A DNA stretch of 63,551 nucleotides, counting the filler, from Octopus bimaculoides (lineage: Eukaryota): NCBI RefSeq assembly GCF_001194135.2. It is 5 parts of 5 records of this genome, joined end to end, with 100 filler letters (N's around TTAATTAATTAA, not from the genome) between each part and the next. Parts side by side here need not be neighbours in the genome. Positions count along the whole stretch, not along the records: positions 1 to 22,388 come from NC_069003.1; 4 more parts are not named here. One strand, given 5' to 3'. A program made the position numbers and the translations under genes. Positions 1 through 11,175 of this stretch are shown here, piece by piece; position 1 is the stretch's first letter; every line of letters begins with the position of its first letter. The notes under the pieces were generated by a model that did no database searches, was not told the DNA's origin, and worked only from the letters and a program-made list of their open reading frames with translations.

Positions 1-51
<51 letters not shown>

Positions 52-351
52 ATATATATGTGCAAGAAGAAAATGGAGGAAAAATAAGAGGAAGTTAGTC
101 ATTTGCGCTAGTAAGCCATTAAATTAATTAATTAATTTAACTAACTTCTTCCTGTTGAATTACCTGCTACCATATACCTTTACCAAGGACTGTACCTACA
201 CAGCTAATCACCAAGAATGCCTTTGGATTTAACCATCCCTTAGAGGTTGTTTTAAACACCTCTAACTTATACCTATACATACATACATACATATATATAT
301 ATATATTTATATAAAGGGCATTATTACAGAAAAATAATAACGCCACACAGT

Positions 352-486
352 GGACTTCTCAAAATAACCACATTTAGTACCTAATGCGAGGAAAAACAAC
401 CAACAGGAGATGACCAACATTCTTTTAAATAAACTTGGTTGTTTTTCCTCGCATTAGGTACTAAATGTGGTTATTTTGAGAAGTCC
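352..486. repeat. Perfect 52-bp inverted repeat with 31-bp spacer, abutting a gap
   Basis: 352-403 is the exact reverse complement of 435-486. Confidence 0.9.
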
Positions 487-778
487 NNNNNNNNNNNNNN
501 NNNNNNNNNNNNNNNNNNNNNNNNNNNNNNNNNNNNNNNNNNNNNNNNNNNNNNNNNNNNNNNNNNNNNNNNNNNNNNNNNNNNNNNNNNNNNNNNNNNN
601 NNNNNNNNNNNNNNNNNNNNNNNNNNNNNNNNNNNNNNNNNNNNNNNNNNNNNNNNNNNNNNNNNNNNNNNNNNNNNNNNNNNNNNNNNNNNNNNNNNNN
701 NNNNNNNNNNNNNNNNNNNNNNNNNNNNNNNNNNNNNNNNNNNNNNNNNNNNNNNNNNNNNNNNNNNNNNNNNNNNNN

Positions 779-818
<40 letters not shown>

Positions 819-869
819 CATACACATACACATTCAGGGTTTGATGGGTAAATATATCTATGCATGTGT

Positions 870-1092
870 GCCTTTGTGTCTGTTTGTCTCTGCCCTCCCC
901 ACTACATGCTCGACAACTGCTGCTGGTCTGTTTATGTCCCTGTAACTTAGCAGTTCAGCAAAAGTGACCGATAGAAATAAGTATTAGGCTTTTAGAAAAT
1001 AAGTACAGGGGTTGATACATTCGGCTAAAAATTCTTCAAGGCAGTACTCCAGTATGGCCATAGTCTAATGACCGAAAGCAGTAAAATATAAT
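870..1092 (+). mobile_element. SINE 3' tail module (family F) following a TA/CA microsatellite
   Basis: Diverged match to the tail at 55905-55980, 57385-57520(-), 23040-23235, 37620-37795 and 42823-42965(-): tgtttatgtccctgtaacttagcagttcagcaaaagtgaccgatagaaataagta. Confidence 0.7.
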
Positions 1093-1311
1093 GGTATAAG
1101 ATATCTTGTAGCCTTGAGATTTTGAAGAGGTAACTGTTAATGTTTTGAATGATATTGTAGGGTTGATGTTTGAGGCCAGTTCTGGTCAGTTTGAGCATAA
1201 AACAGGGAGACTATTTTGGCTGGATATGACTGGTTTAAATGTTAAAAGATTAATAACAGCAGCAACAATAACAACAATGCTAATACAATTCATGTGTTGT
1301 TGCATTCCCAG

Positions 1312-1390
1312 GTCTTGAAAAGAAGCCCTTTCTTTCCTGTGTCTCTGCTGCTTGTTGTTCTTCTCTGTGATGTCACTAAAGCAGAGAAAG
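1312..1390 (+). CDS. Exon A of a secreted tandem ependymin/LolA-fold-like protein; signal peptide
   Basis: Acceptor ttcccAG at 1310-1311 and donor AG|GTAAGT at 1391. Phase-0 reading VLKRSPFFPVSLLLVVLLCDVTKAEK-G: basic n-region, hydrophobic core, small residues near a likely cleavage site. No in-frame ATG, so the start lies in an upstream exon. Ends in phase 1, matching the next exon. Confidence 0.75.
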
Positions 1391-1439
1391 GTAAGTGAAA
1401 TCCATTCCCCTCAGTTTGCATCATACAATGACCATCGTA

Positions 1440-1800
1440 CTGAAGAAGTACCACCACCACAGCGATCACCATCACAACAATCATTGCCATCATAATTATC
1501 ATCATCATCATCGCCACCACCATCAGTGTCACTAACACTGCCACTACCACCATCACAACTGCCTCCACCACTACCACTACCACTACTTCTACAACCACTA
1601 CTGCCACTACAACAATTATGACTACTACCATCATTATCATCTCCACTATTGCTGCCACCACCATGACCACCACCACCACCACCACCTCCATCACCACCAC
1701 CTCCATCACCACCACCTCCATCACCACCACCTCCATCACCACCACCTCCATCACCACCACCACTACCATCATCACTGTCACAACCACCACCACCACCAGT
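1440..1800. repeat. CAC/CAT-type trinucleotide repeat with a 15-bp unit (atcaccaccacctcc)
   Basis: Visible directly; explains the poly-V, poly-T and G/D ORFs in the track. Confidence 0.9.
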
Positions 1801-2049
1801 TGCTATTTCTGTCTTTCCACCACCCTCTGGAATTAAATGTAAACATAATATATGGATGCAGACAGTTGCATATAGAAGGGCCAATTACTTGAAGTGGATG
1901 GGACTTAAAGAAGTGGGAGACCCTGGAAGCCAAGGGATGAAGTACTGAAGGCTGATCTCTAGACACTGAGCCTTACGAAGGAGATGACTAAGGGCTGAGA
2001 TATCTGGTACCTTGCTGTACTCAAGAAGACCTGTCTATCATAGCAGAAT

Positions 2050-2370
2050 CAATACTGGTGCTGGTACCACATATAAAAAGCACTGGTGATGGTTCTACAT
2101 AAAAAGCAATGGTGATGGTACCACATAAAAAGCACTGGTGATGGTACCACATAAAAAGCACTGGTGATGGTACCACATAAAAAGCACTGGTGATGGTACC
2201 ACATAAAAAGCATTGGTGCCACATAAAAAGCACTGGTACCACATAAAAAGCACTGGTTCCACATAAAAAGCACTGGTGCCACATAAAAAGCACTGGTGCC
2301 ACATAAAAGGCACTGGTGCTGGTGCCACATAAAAAGCACTGGTGATGGTTCTACATATAAAGCACCTGGT
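2050..2370 (+). repeat. 21-27 bp minisatellite (ggtaccacataaaaagcactggtgat) upstream of an RTE-type 3' end
   Basis: About a dozen tandem units, followed at 2385-2530 by the RTE 3' UTR motif ending in gttaaatgatgac. Confidence 0.9.
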
Positions 2371-2821
2371 ACACTGTAAATTGGTTGGTATTAGGAAAGG
2401 CCTCCACTCACAGAAACCATGCCAGAACAAACAATGGCGCTTGGTGTGACCCACGGCCTTACTAGCTCTTGTCAAACCATCCAACTCATGCCAGCCATGG
2501 AAAGCAGATGTTAAATGATGACAATAACAACAACAACAATGATGCTGATGATAAAGGCTATTACTCATATTGCTGTTGTTTAGTGGCAAGTGGAGTGCTG
2601 ATGGTAGTGGCATTAATAGTGTTGGTGATGGTGATGGTGATGGTGATGGTAATGGCAGTTTCTGTGTTTGTAGAGGTGGTGGTGATGGTGATGGTGGTTG
2701 TAGAGATGGTGATGGCAGTGATAGTAGTGGTGGTGGTGGTAGTGGTAACAGTGGGAGTGGTGATGGTGGGAGTGGTGAAGTGGGGATGATATTAGTAGTG
2801 GCTGTAGTACCAGTGGTTCGT

Positions 2822-3206
2822 GGAGACTCAATGGCCCAGTGGTTAGGGCAGCGGACTTGCAGTCATAGGATCGCGGTTTCGATTCCCAGACCGGGCGTTG
2901 TGAGTGTTTCTTGAACGAAAACACCTAAAACTCCACGAGACTCCGGCAGGGGATGGTGGCGAACCCTGCTGTACTCTTTCACCACAACTTTCTCTCACTC
3001 TTACTTCCTGTTTCTGTTGTGCCTGTAATTCAAAGGGTCAGCCTTGTCACACTCTGTGTCACGCTGAATATCCCCGAGAACTACGTTAAGGGTACACGTG
3101 TCTGTGGAGTGCTCAGCCACTTGCACGTTAATTTCATGAGCAGGCTGTTCTGTTTATCGGATCAACTGGAACCCTCGACGTCATAAGCGACGGAGTGCCA
3201 ACAACA
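2822..3206 (+). mobile_element. tRNA-derived SINE (family C), near full length
   Basis: A box tggcccagtgg, B box ggtttcgattcc, (caa)n-like tail. Nearly identical second copy at 22094-22388. Confidence 0.85.
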
Positions 3207-3609
3207 CAGTACCAGTGGTAGTGATGGTTGTCACAGTGGCAGTAGTGCTGAATTCAAATCCTGCCAAGGTCAACTTTGCCTTTAACCCTTACGGGGGGTG
3301 GGGTTGATTAAATAAAGCATCAGTTCAGCCCATGGTTCAATATAATCAACTAACTTCCCCTACCCCAACCACCCAACCACTCCACCCACTCCAAAATTGC
3401 TGACCTTGTGCCATAAAAAAAAAATTTGAAGCAATGTTTTGTCAGGAAGGATGGCCAGCAACCGTGGTACTCTGAGACTAGTGACTGGGAGGGAAAGAGA
3501 AAGGAAGGTATCCTCAAAGCAGAGATATGCCTTGAAAGCTTTCAGAAGGGTACTATTAGAGTACCTTTACAAAATAGAACCAGTAAGGTACCCTTATAGA
3601 AGGGTATAA

Positions 3610-3797
3610 GTACCCGGCACGTAAAAGCACCCACTACACTCTCGGAGTGGTTGGTGTTAGGAAGGGCATCCAGCTGTAGAAACTCTGCCAAATCAGATTG
3701 GGGCCTGGCGTAGCCATCTGGTTCGCTAGTCCCCAGTCAAATCGTCCAACCCATGCTAGCATGGAAAGCGGACGTTAAACGATGATGATCATCATCA
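3610..3797 (+). mobile_element. RTE-type retroposon 3' end with (GAT)n tail
   Basis: ggcacgtaaaagcacccactacactctcggagtggttggtgttaggaagggcatccagctgtag...ggacgttaaacgatgatgat. The same end terminates the RT-coding copy at 14039-15020. Confidence 0.85.
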
Positions 3798-3893
3798 TAG
3801 GGTGCCCTATTCTAAGAAAATCTTTATTTCTTGTACACCCAGCCACACCACATGATGTTGATTTGATTTATCACTTTCTCTTTTATTTCCCAG

Positions 3894-4109
3894 GAATACC
3901 ATTTAACTTTACAGTGCCAACAACATATTCTTTGCGAGTTGAAGAAACTGAATATGGCAAAACCAGTTTGACAAACTTTATGAAATATTACGACCATGAT
4001 GTGCATATGATGTCAATATGGCGTTCAAATAAAGACTATGTGTTTGAATTTCTTTTTGATTTTATTCACAATATCTTCGTTAAGGTGGAAATGATGTTAA
4101 AAACAACAA
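3894..4109 (+). CDS. Exon B of the same gene (216 nt, phase 1-1)
   Basis: Pyrimidine tract tttctcttttatttcccAG and donor A|GTAAGC. Translation IPFNFTVPTTYSLRVEETEYGKTSLTNFMKYYDHDVHMMSIWRSNKDYVFEFLFDFIHNIFVKVEMMLKTT. Aromatic beta-strand pattern with P-x-x-Y/F-S and Y-Y-D motifs. Confidence 0.85.
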
Positions 4110-4514
4110 GTAAGCTTGCTTATTTTCAAAGATTTTTCTCCCCCTTATATTCTTTCTGTTTTCCTGCGTTTTTCTGTCTCTGTCTGTCTGTCACCCCTTG
4201 TCCCCACCTCACCCTTTATCTACTATCTATTATGTCCGCCCTGAAACCCTACCCAAACTCTACAGTTGTCATCTATTCTTGATCTCCATCACCACCTTCA
4301 AGCATTATGCTTGTCTGTCTGTCTCTCTCCCTCCCTTCCATACTCCTGCAACCTACCCAACTATACATCATGTCCCTCTTTCTCTCTCTCTCTCTCTCAT
4401 ACTTCCCCTGTCTACTATATAATGGAATGGAAGGTTTATGATACCTGTGGAATATCTCCTTCTCTCATTATAATTATTTTTGCAGTTTCAAGGAGCTGCA
4501 ATGGGTCACCAATT

Positions 4515-5470
4515 TGTGACGTCCGTGTGAAGTGAGGTGATGAGAATGGCTCCTTAGTACATCACATGGTTGATACAATAAATATAAATAGAATAATGCA
4601 TGTATGTGCCAGAAGGAAATAAGAGACACAACCGGGAAGAATGTTTAAGAGAAGATTTATTGATATGTTAACATGTGTGATTGTTTGTGCATCATGTATA
4701 CAGAATAATAGACAGGCCGTCATAAGAATAAGATGTGTACGTGTGTATGTAGGTATAGACATATGCCTGTTAAGAACATATAAAGATGGCGATGAAGAAG
4801 AGACAGTGAAAGAGTCTGTAGCCATTGAAGTGAGGAGGAAGTTCATAGACACAAGAATGATAAATACCAGTTCGTAGTCAATTGTACACGATAGTTGAAA
4901 ACTGTATCAAGACATTACGGCAGTGATGCAGAGCCGGTTGTGGTACATGTTGTACATGAAGTTGTGGCTGTGATGCTGCTGCCTGAGTCACTTGGTACAG
5001 GAGTTCTCGCAGGTTGTATATTCGCTGTTGATCCATGGTGCAGTAATTCACAAACAGTGCAGTGTTGTAACCCGGGTGAGTTGCTTGTTGAGTTGTGTAC
5101 GTAGAGAGATTTTGACGTTAGGACGAATGTAGGTTGCCGGATGCTGTTGGACAAAGTTGATGAATCTCAACATGGCTACTGTTGTGTGGTCAGTGGCTAG
5201 ACTTTAAAAGGTCTAGAACTGAAGGACCTCAAGATGAGGGAAAGCTGGGTTTTTATAAGGAGTTGTAGGCTCAAAACTGAATTGAGAACAGGCTGTCACA
5301 TATCACCTTATTTAGGGTCTTCGATTGGTTATATGCTGCATATTGGTGTGATAGGGTAAGAGACAAATTGCACCAATACCAACCAATCAGAGTAGTGGAC
5401 ACAACGGGGTCCAAAATGCGGCCAAAAGCTAGCTGTTATCTACTACATTCGTATGTATATATAATAGAGA
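4515..5470 (-). mobile_element. Possible LTR-like or other unclassified repeat
   Basis: TGTGAC...GTCACA inverted 6-mers at 4515 and 5300; minus-strand CCAAT (~5325), TATAAAA (~5255) and AATAAA (~4657) in LTR-like order. No TSD found. Confidence 0.25.
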
Positions 5471-5869
5471 GGAGAGGAATTTCACTCGAGTGTATGCTAC
5501 AACTGTATCATCATTACTATTCTGCTGATCTTCATCCCACCTTCTTTTACTACACTGTCAGTCATCTACTCTCTCATACCTACCCACCAATTCATTTGCA
5601 TCATTTGTCACCCATCCACGGTTCACTACATCTGCCCCTCCATCCTAAAAAAACATGTCAAACTGGAGTGTGACGCATTCCTTGGGTCCATTGGATTCTG
5701 GCAAATTGTGCAACCTTTGCCAGTATATGACATGGACATTAAATGATGATGATTTTCATTTCATGTATTAAATTCTTTTTCTTTTCATTCTGCTACATGT
5801 TTCACTCATTGGATTATGGCCATACTGGGGCACTACCTTATAGGGTTTTAGACAATCAAACTGATATAT

Positions 5870-6196
5870 AACTGACACTCCACTGGTTACAATGATGAGG
5901 GTTCCAGTAGATCCAATCAACAGACCAGCCTGTGTGTGAAATTAAGGTGCAAGTGGCTGAGCACTCCACAGACACATGTATTCTTAATGTAGTTCTCAAG
6001 GAGTTTCAGTGTGACACAGAGCACGACAGGGCTGGCCCTTTGAAATACAGGCACTATCATTTTTGTCAGCTGAATGGACTGGAGCAACATGAAATAAAGT
6101 GTCTTGCTCAAGGACACAGCGCGTTGCCGGGAATGGAATTCATGACCTTACAATCATGAGCCAAATGCCCTAACTACTAAGCTATGTGCCTTCACA
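5870..6196 (-). mobile_element. tRNA-derived SINE (family D) sharing its central/3' domain with family C
   Basis: 5895-6050 is the reverse complement of the domain at ~3025-3185. The 5' part differs (gtgtccttgagcaagacactttatttcatgttgctccag). 5'-only copies at ~7440-7565, 9860-9985(-) and 11885-12003. Confidence 0.75.
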
Positions 6197-6232
<36 letters not shown>

Positions 6233-6234
<2 letters not shown>

Positions 6235-6777
6235 CACCATCATCATTTAACGTCTGTTTTCAATGCTGGCATGGGTTGGACAGTTAGACCAGGGCTGGCA
6301 AGCTGGAAGGCTGCACTAGACTCCAGTCTGATTTAGCATGGTTTCTATGGTTGGATATCCTTTCTAACACCAACCACTCCAAGAGTGTAATGGGTGCTTT
6401 CTGTGCCACTGACATGGGTGCCATTTGTGTGACACCAGTATCTGCCATGACTGTGGTTTTACTTGTCTTGATGAGTCTTCTTCTCAAGTATGACGTAATG
6501 CCAAAGATCTCAGTCATTGCCTCCGTGAGGCCCAACACTGAAAGGAGCTTTTTACATACCACCAGCATCAGCTACTTTGCCTCTGTGAGGCCCAGTGCTT
6601 GAAAGGTGCTTTTTAAGTGCCACCAACATGGCTGTCAGTTACAAGACACCAGCGTCAGTCACTGGCTTGATGGGTCTTCTCAAGCACAGCATATCGCCAA
6701 AGTCCTTGGTCACTAGTCATTGCCTCTGTGAAGCCCAAAGTTCGAAGATCATACTTCATCCCATGTATTCTTGGTCT
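6233..6777 (-). mobile_element. 5'-truncated RTE LINE 3' end
   Basis: Reverse complement of the RTE 3' UTR and (GAT)n tail, plus last ORF2 codons (MTEIFGITSYLRRR, degenerate). Confidence 0.8.
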
Positions 6778-6827
<50 letters not shown>

Positions 6828-6835
6828 CATAGGAT

Positions 6836-6990
6836 GGTCTTTTTTCAGTTTCTGTCTAACACATTCACTCAAAAGGCTTTGGTTGGCCTAGGGCTATAAG
6901 TAGAAGGCACTTGCCCAAGGTGCAATGCAGAGGGACTGAACCCAAAACCATGCGGTTGGGAAGTAAACTTTTTCACCATGCTGCCATGTC
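6836..6990 (-). mobile_element. tRNA-derived SINE head/core (family A), diverged
   Basis: Reverse complement of the family A consensus seen at 61077-61220. Other diverged intronic copies at 12193-12350, 15093-15220(-), 16205-16365 and 16745-16820(-). Confidence 0.75.
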
Positions 6991-7153
6991 CATACCTATC
7001 TATCTATCCATCCATCCATCCATCCATCCATCCATCTGTCCATCTCTCTCTCACTCTCCTCTCTCTCTTCTCTCTGCCTCTCTCATTGTTTTCTCCTCCC
7101 CATCACCATCATAATCATTGTGATCATTCTTCTTCATTTTTCTCTGCTTTCAG

Positions 7154-7396
7154 GAAGTGTGTGTGCTGTGGACTTCAATCTGACAGCTTCTCCAAAACGG
7201 TTCGACAGTGATTTCACATTGAAGAACGGCAACCTAATTGACATAGCGTCACCATCCGCCTCTCTTATGATGAATGGTGACTATGATTATACCTTCTTGG
7301 GCTCCTCGACCATCCGGGGAATTAACTGCAAAACCTGGTCAACTAAGAAACAGACAGACACTGATGAAGTGGTGTTCGCTAATGTGTCTTTTACAG
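7154..7396 (+). CDS. Exon C of the same gene (243 nt, phase 1-1)
   Basis: Acceptor tctctgctttcAG, donor CAG|GTAT. Translation SVCAVDFNLTASPKRFDSDFTLKNGNLIDIASPSASLMMNGDYDYTFLGSSTIRGINCKTWSTKKQTDTDEVVFANVSFT. Contains the Y-x-F-L-G-x3-I-R-G-I-x-C-x2-W pattern typical of ependymin-related/LolA-like repeats. Confidence 0.9.
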
Positions 7397-7849
7397 GTAT
7401 TTATTCAAAAAATTTTCCTTTTTTTTTGTTGTTTTTGTAGGCTGTGGTTAGGGTATTGCACTCATGAATGCATGATTGTGATTTCAATTCCCAGAACGGA
7501 TAGTGCATTATGTTCTTGAGCAGAACACTTCATTTCATGTTGCTCCAATTCATTTGGATGTAAATGAGTTCCAACAACTGTGGAAATCTTAATCCTGCCA
7601 CAAACTTGTGTCTTTTTCAGGATGGAAGAGATTATTGTGATCTTAGTCCCTCATGCTCTAGTCTTATGAGTCCCAGGGTTTATTAGAGACCTAAGTCTAA
7701 GTTTAGTCCCAGCTCAACTCTGATCATGCACATCCATGATCAGTGCCACCTTTAGGGTCATAATGGATGCAGATGTGCCCAAAGGAACGAGGTCCCCTTC
7801 TGCCCTCCATATGTACAGAAGAAGTCACAGAAAGGATCATAACTCATTT

Positions 7850-8900
7850 CATTAAGAAGTGAGTTAATGTAGATGAGATGCAGTTTGGATTTGTGCCAAG
7901 CAGGAGCATGGCTGATGCTATATTCCTAGTTAGACAACTGCAGGAGAAATATCTAGCCAAAAATAAACTTTTATACCTGGCTTTTGACAACATGAAGAAG
8001 GCCTTTGACAGAGTCCTCTGCTCCCTTATCTGGTCGATGCAGAAGCTAGGGATAGCAGAGTGGTTGGTGAGAGCTGTACAAGCCATGTACAGGGATGCTG
8101 TCAGTAAAGGGAAGATCAGCAATGAGTATAGTGATGAATTTAGGGTACAAGTAGGGGTTCACCAAGATTCAGTCCTCAGCCCCCTCTTCTTCATCATAGT
8201 CCTCCAAGCAATAACAGTAGAATTTAAGGCAGGCTGCTCCTGGGAGCTTCTCTATGCTGATGTTCTTGTTCTTATAGCTGAATCACTACCAGAACTAGAG
8301 AAGAAATTCCAGACATGGAAGCAAGGTCTAGAATCAAAGGGCCTTAGAGTTAATCTAGCAAAAACCAATGTCTTAATAAGTAAGAGAACAAACAAATCAC
8401 AAATCTCTTCAAGTAGATGGCCCTGCTTGATCTTTAGAAAAAGCGTATGTAGAAACTCCATAAGATGTACTTGTAAGCTATGGACACATAAGAGATGCAT
8501 CAATATCAGAGGAAAGTTGACAGGGAAAATAACTTTTGTGTGTAGAAAGTGCACAGGCACAATTAAAACTAAAAATGTACAGAAAATAGACTCCATCAAA
8601 TGTCAGTGGGATAAAACTAGAAGTAGTTGATAACTTCTGTTATCTAGGGGATGCTCCAAGAGTGTAGCTGCTAGATTAAGAATAGGTTGGACAAAGTTCA
8701 GAGAGCTCCTACCTCTGTTGGTAACAAAGAGCCCCTGTATACAAACAGCCATGCTACAAGCAGTAAAACATGGGCTGCGACCACCGAGGACATGTGTAGA
8801 CTTGAAAAAAATGAAGCTAGTATGCTTTGCTGGATATGTAACGTTAGTGTGCATGCATGTGTGCAATGTGTATAGGGGTACAATACTTGTGGCAACTGAT
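7850..8900 (+). mobile_element. RTE-clade LINE ORF2 fragment (reverse transcriptase), degenerate
   Basis: QFGFVPSRS..DAIFLVRQLQEKY, LAFDNMKKAFDRV, GVHQDSVLSPLFF, LLYADVLVL, GLRVNLAKT, then a Cys/His-rich insert and later frameshifts. Confidence 0.95.
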
Positions 8901-8949
8901 AGTGAGGTGGTGGGAAAAAGTCTATAGGCTAGGTGTCCACCATGCTGGG

Positions 8950-9760
8950 GCGTGTGTGTTTGTGGGTTCATTTGTGTATGTTCTGGTCAAACTATTTATC
9001 AGAGTCCCAGGTATTGGTGGAGGGCCAAAGTTGGGGGATTGATGATTATATTCATAATGAGGCACACAGGTATTATAGGATGTATTTCCTTTCATGTGGG
9101 CAGGATTAAAAATTTCACTTCTGCTATTCAGGTAAATGCCTAGGTGCTGGAGCTCTTTAAAATCATTCTTTTCTCAGCCAGGCATAATCTGCACTTCCTG
9201 CTGCTATTGAAGTATGCTTTACATTTCTCTAGAATCTTCCACTTGATGCTGTACCTGGTGGTGCATTCTTTTAATGACCATACATGTTTGGCCAGGGTTG
9301 TGGTGTTATGTCTCTCTGAGATGTTGAAGGAGGAATTGTGGTTGTTAAAGCAGATTCTGAAGGGATCTTCAGTTGCTCCCACATACTTTCGCATGTTTGG
9401 CTGTCCATTTGGTCCTATTGCCATTACCTCTGCCTCATATATGACATTCTTTGTGTTACAGTGGCTGTTCAGTAGACATGCTATGTCACCCCTACATAAG
9501 CATCCTGACTCTGTCTCAGGTGAAGGCCTACCTACTAAAATCTTTTTTATTTTGGTTGCACAGCTAAAGGAATTCTCAGGGTGTGCCTATTAAATATTTT
9601 GCTGAATCTATTTGTATGGGGGAAGTGCTTGTCTACTAAGCTAAGGACAATTTTATTTATTCAGGTTTTAACACTTAAAGAGAAGGGTGGTGTGAACTAA
9701 AACACTTTCTGGTGGTACTTTCTCTTGGAAGGGTTAGGGTCTGGCATGTACCTAATTTTA
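8950..9760 (-). mobile_element. Penelope-like element fragment (Cys linker plus GIY-YIG endonuclease)
   Basis: Minus frame reads GCLCRGDIACLLNSHCNTKNVIYEAEV...KYVGATEDPFRICFNNHNSSF...TTLAKHVWSLKE...IKWKILEKC...CRLCLAEKRMIL, then LNSRSE after a frameshift. Confidence 0.85.
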
Positions 9761-9987
9761 TTTTTGAAGCCACTGGCAGTCAGGGACTCATTGTAGTATG
9801 GGGTGGCATGGTTGGAGATTTTTGATGCTGCCACTCCATATTAGTGTCTGTTACTCTCTCATCTGTGGAGCAAAGTAGAATGAAGTGTTTTGCTCAAGAA
9901 CACAATGTGCCACCCCGTCTAAGAATTGAACCTATAATCTTGTGTTCATGAGTGCAACATTCAACACTACACCACATGCCTTCATTT

Positions 9988-10335
9988 TATCTTTTACTTG
10001 TTTCAGTCATTTGATTGTGGCCATGCTGGGGCACCAACTTGAAATGTTTTAGTTGAACAAATCGATTGCAGGACTTTTTTTTTTAAAGACTAGTACTTAT
10101 TCTATCAGTCCCTTTTGCTGAACAACTAAGTTACAGGGACAGAAATAGACCAGCATCTGAAACACACACACACATGACAGGTTTCATTTAGTTTCCGTCT
10201 ATCAAATCCACTCACAAGGCTTTGGTTTGCCCAATGCTATAATAGAAAACACTTGCTCAAGGTGCCATGCAGTGGGACTGAATCTGAAACCATGTGGTTT
10301 GGAAGCAAGCTTCTTACCACATAGCCATGCTTGTG
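9988..10335 (-). mobile_element. Composite SINE: family A head, short (CA)n, family F tail
   Basis: Same arrangement as 55670-55980 and 57385-57805. Confidence 0.7.
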
Positions 10336-10336
10336 C

Positions 10337-10685
10337 TTAGCACCATTCGAGCGTGATCGTTGCCAGCATCACCTCACTGGTACATGTGCCAGTGGCACAT
10401 GAATAACAACATTCTAGCGTGGTTATTGCCAGTGCCGCCGGACTGGCTCCTTTGAGCGTGGTCGTTGCCAGAACCACCTGACTAGCCCTCGTGCCGGTGG
10501 CACGTAAAAGCACCCAGAACACTCTCGGAGTGGTTGGTATTAGGAAGGGCATCCAGCTGTAGAAACTTTGCCAGATCAGATTGAGCCTGGCGCAACCTCT
10601 GGCTCACCAGTCCTCAGTCAAACTGGCCAACTTATGCCAGCATGGAAAGCAGACGTTAAACGATGATGATGATGATGATGATGAT
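10337..10685 (+). mobile_element. RTE-type 3' end with internal subrepeats and (GAT)n tail
   Basis: Three degenerate gagcgtggtcgttgccag units precede the conserved ggcacgtaaaagcaccc...ttaaacgatgatgat end. A similar end lies at 12383-12600. Confidence 0.8.
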
Positions 10686-11035
10686 ATATATATATTATAC
10701 ATATTGTATTTGTAAGTATGAGTGTATATATGTTTGTATCCTCTTATCTTGACGTTGCATGATTATGATTAATGAATATCATTCATTTCCAGTATTCTGT
10801 GAAGAACATGTCTGGCTATGGAGAAATATTACTTTGCTTGAAAGCTGGTAAATGTTGGCAATAGGAAGGGCATCTGGCTGTAGAGAATCTGTCTTATAAA
10901 CTCTTTCTTAATGCATGGACATCAAATTGATGAAAAGCAGACATCAAAATGATGTTGGTGAAGCTAATGTGAAATGACCTTCATGTCTAATGATGTGTAT
11001 GAATGTAATCTCAAGACTTACTTTTTATTTTGCAG

Positions 11036-11175
11036 ACAGCACTTCATGGCATACAGTGAGCAAACTGCCTCAGGTGCTGGTTAGGTTATCCCTGGAGAGT
11101 GAGACTGTCCCCAAAACAGTTATTGACTATTCCGATTTCAATTCCATCATTTCCAACAGGAAGGATAAATTTCAG
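11036..11175 (+). CDS. Exon D of the same gene (140 nt, phase 1-0)
   Basis: Acceptor ttttattttgcAG, donor CAG|GTAC. Translation (D)STSWHTVSKLPQVLVRLSLESETVPKTVIDYSDFNSIISNRKDKFQ. Confidence 0.85.

Noticed and set aside
2050-2370. Possible CRISPR-like repeat array
   Set aside because: No unique spacers; tandem minisatellite in eukaryotic DNA with no cas genes.
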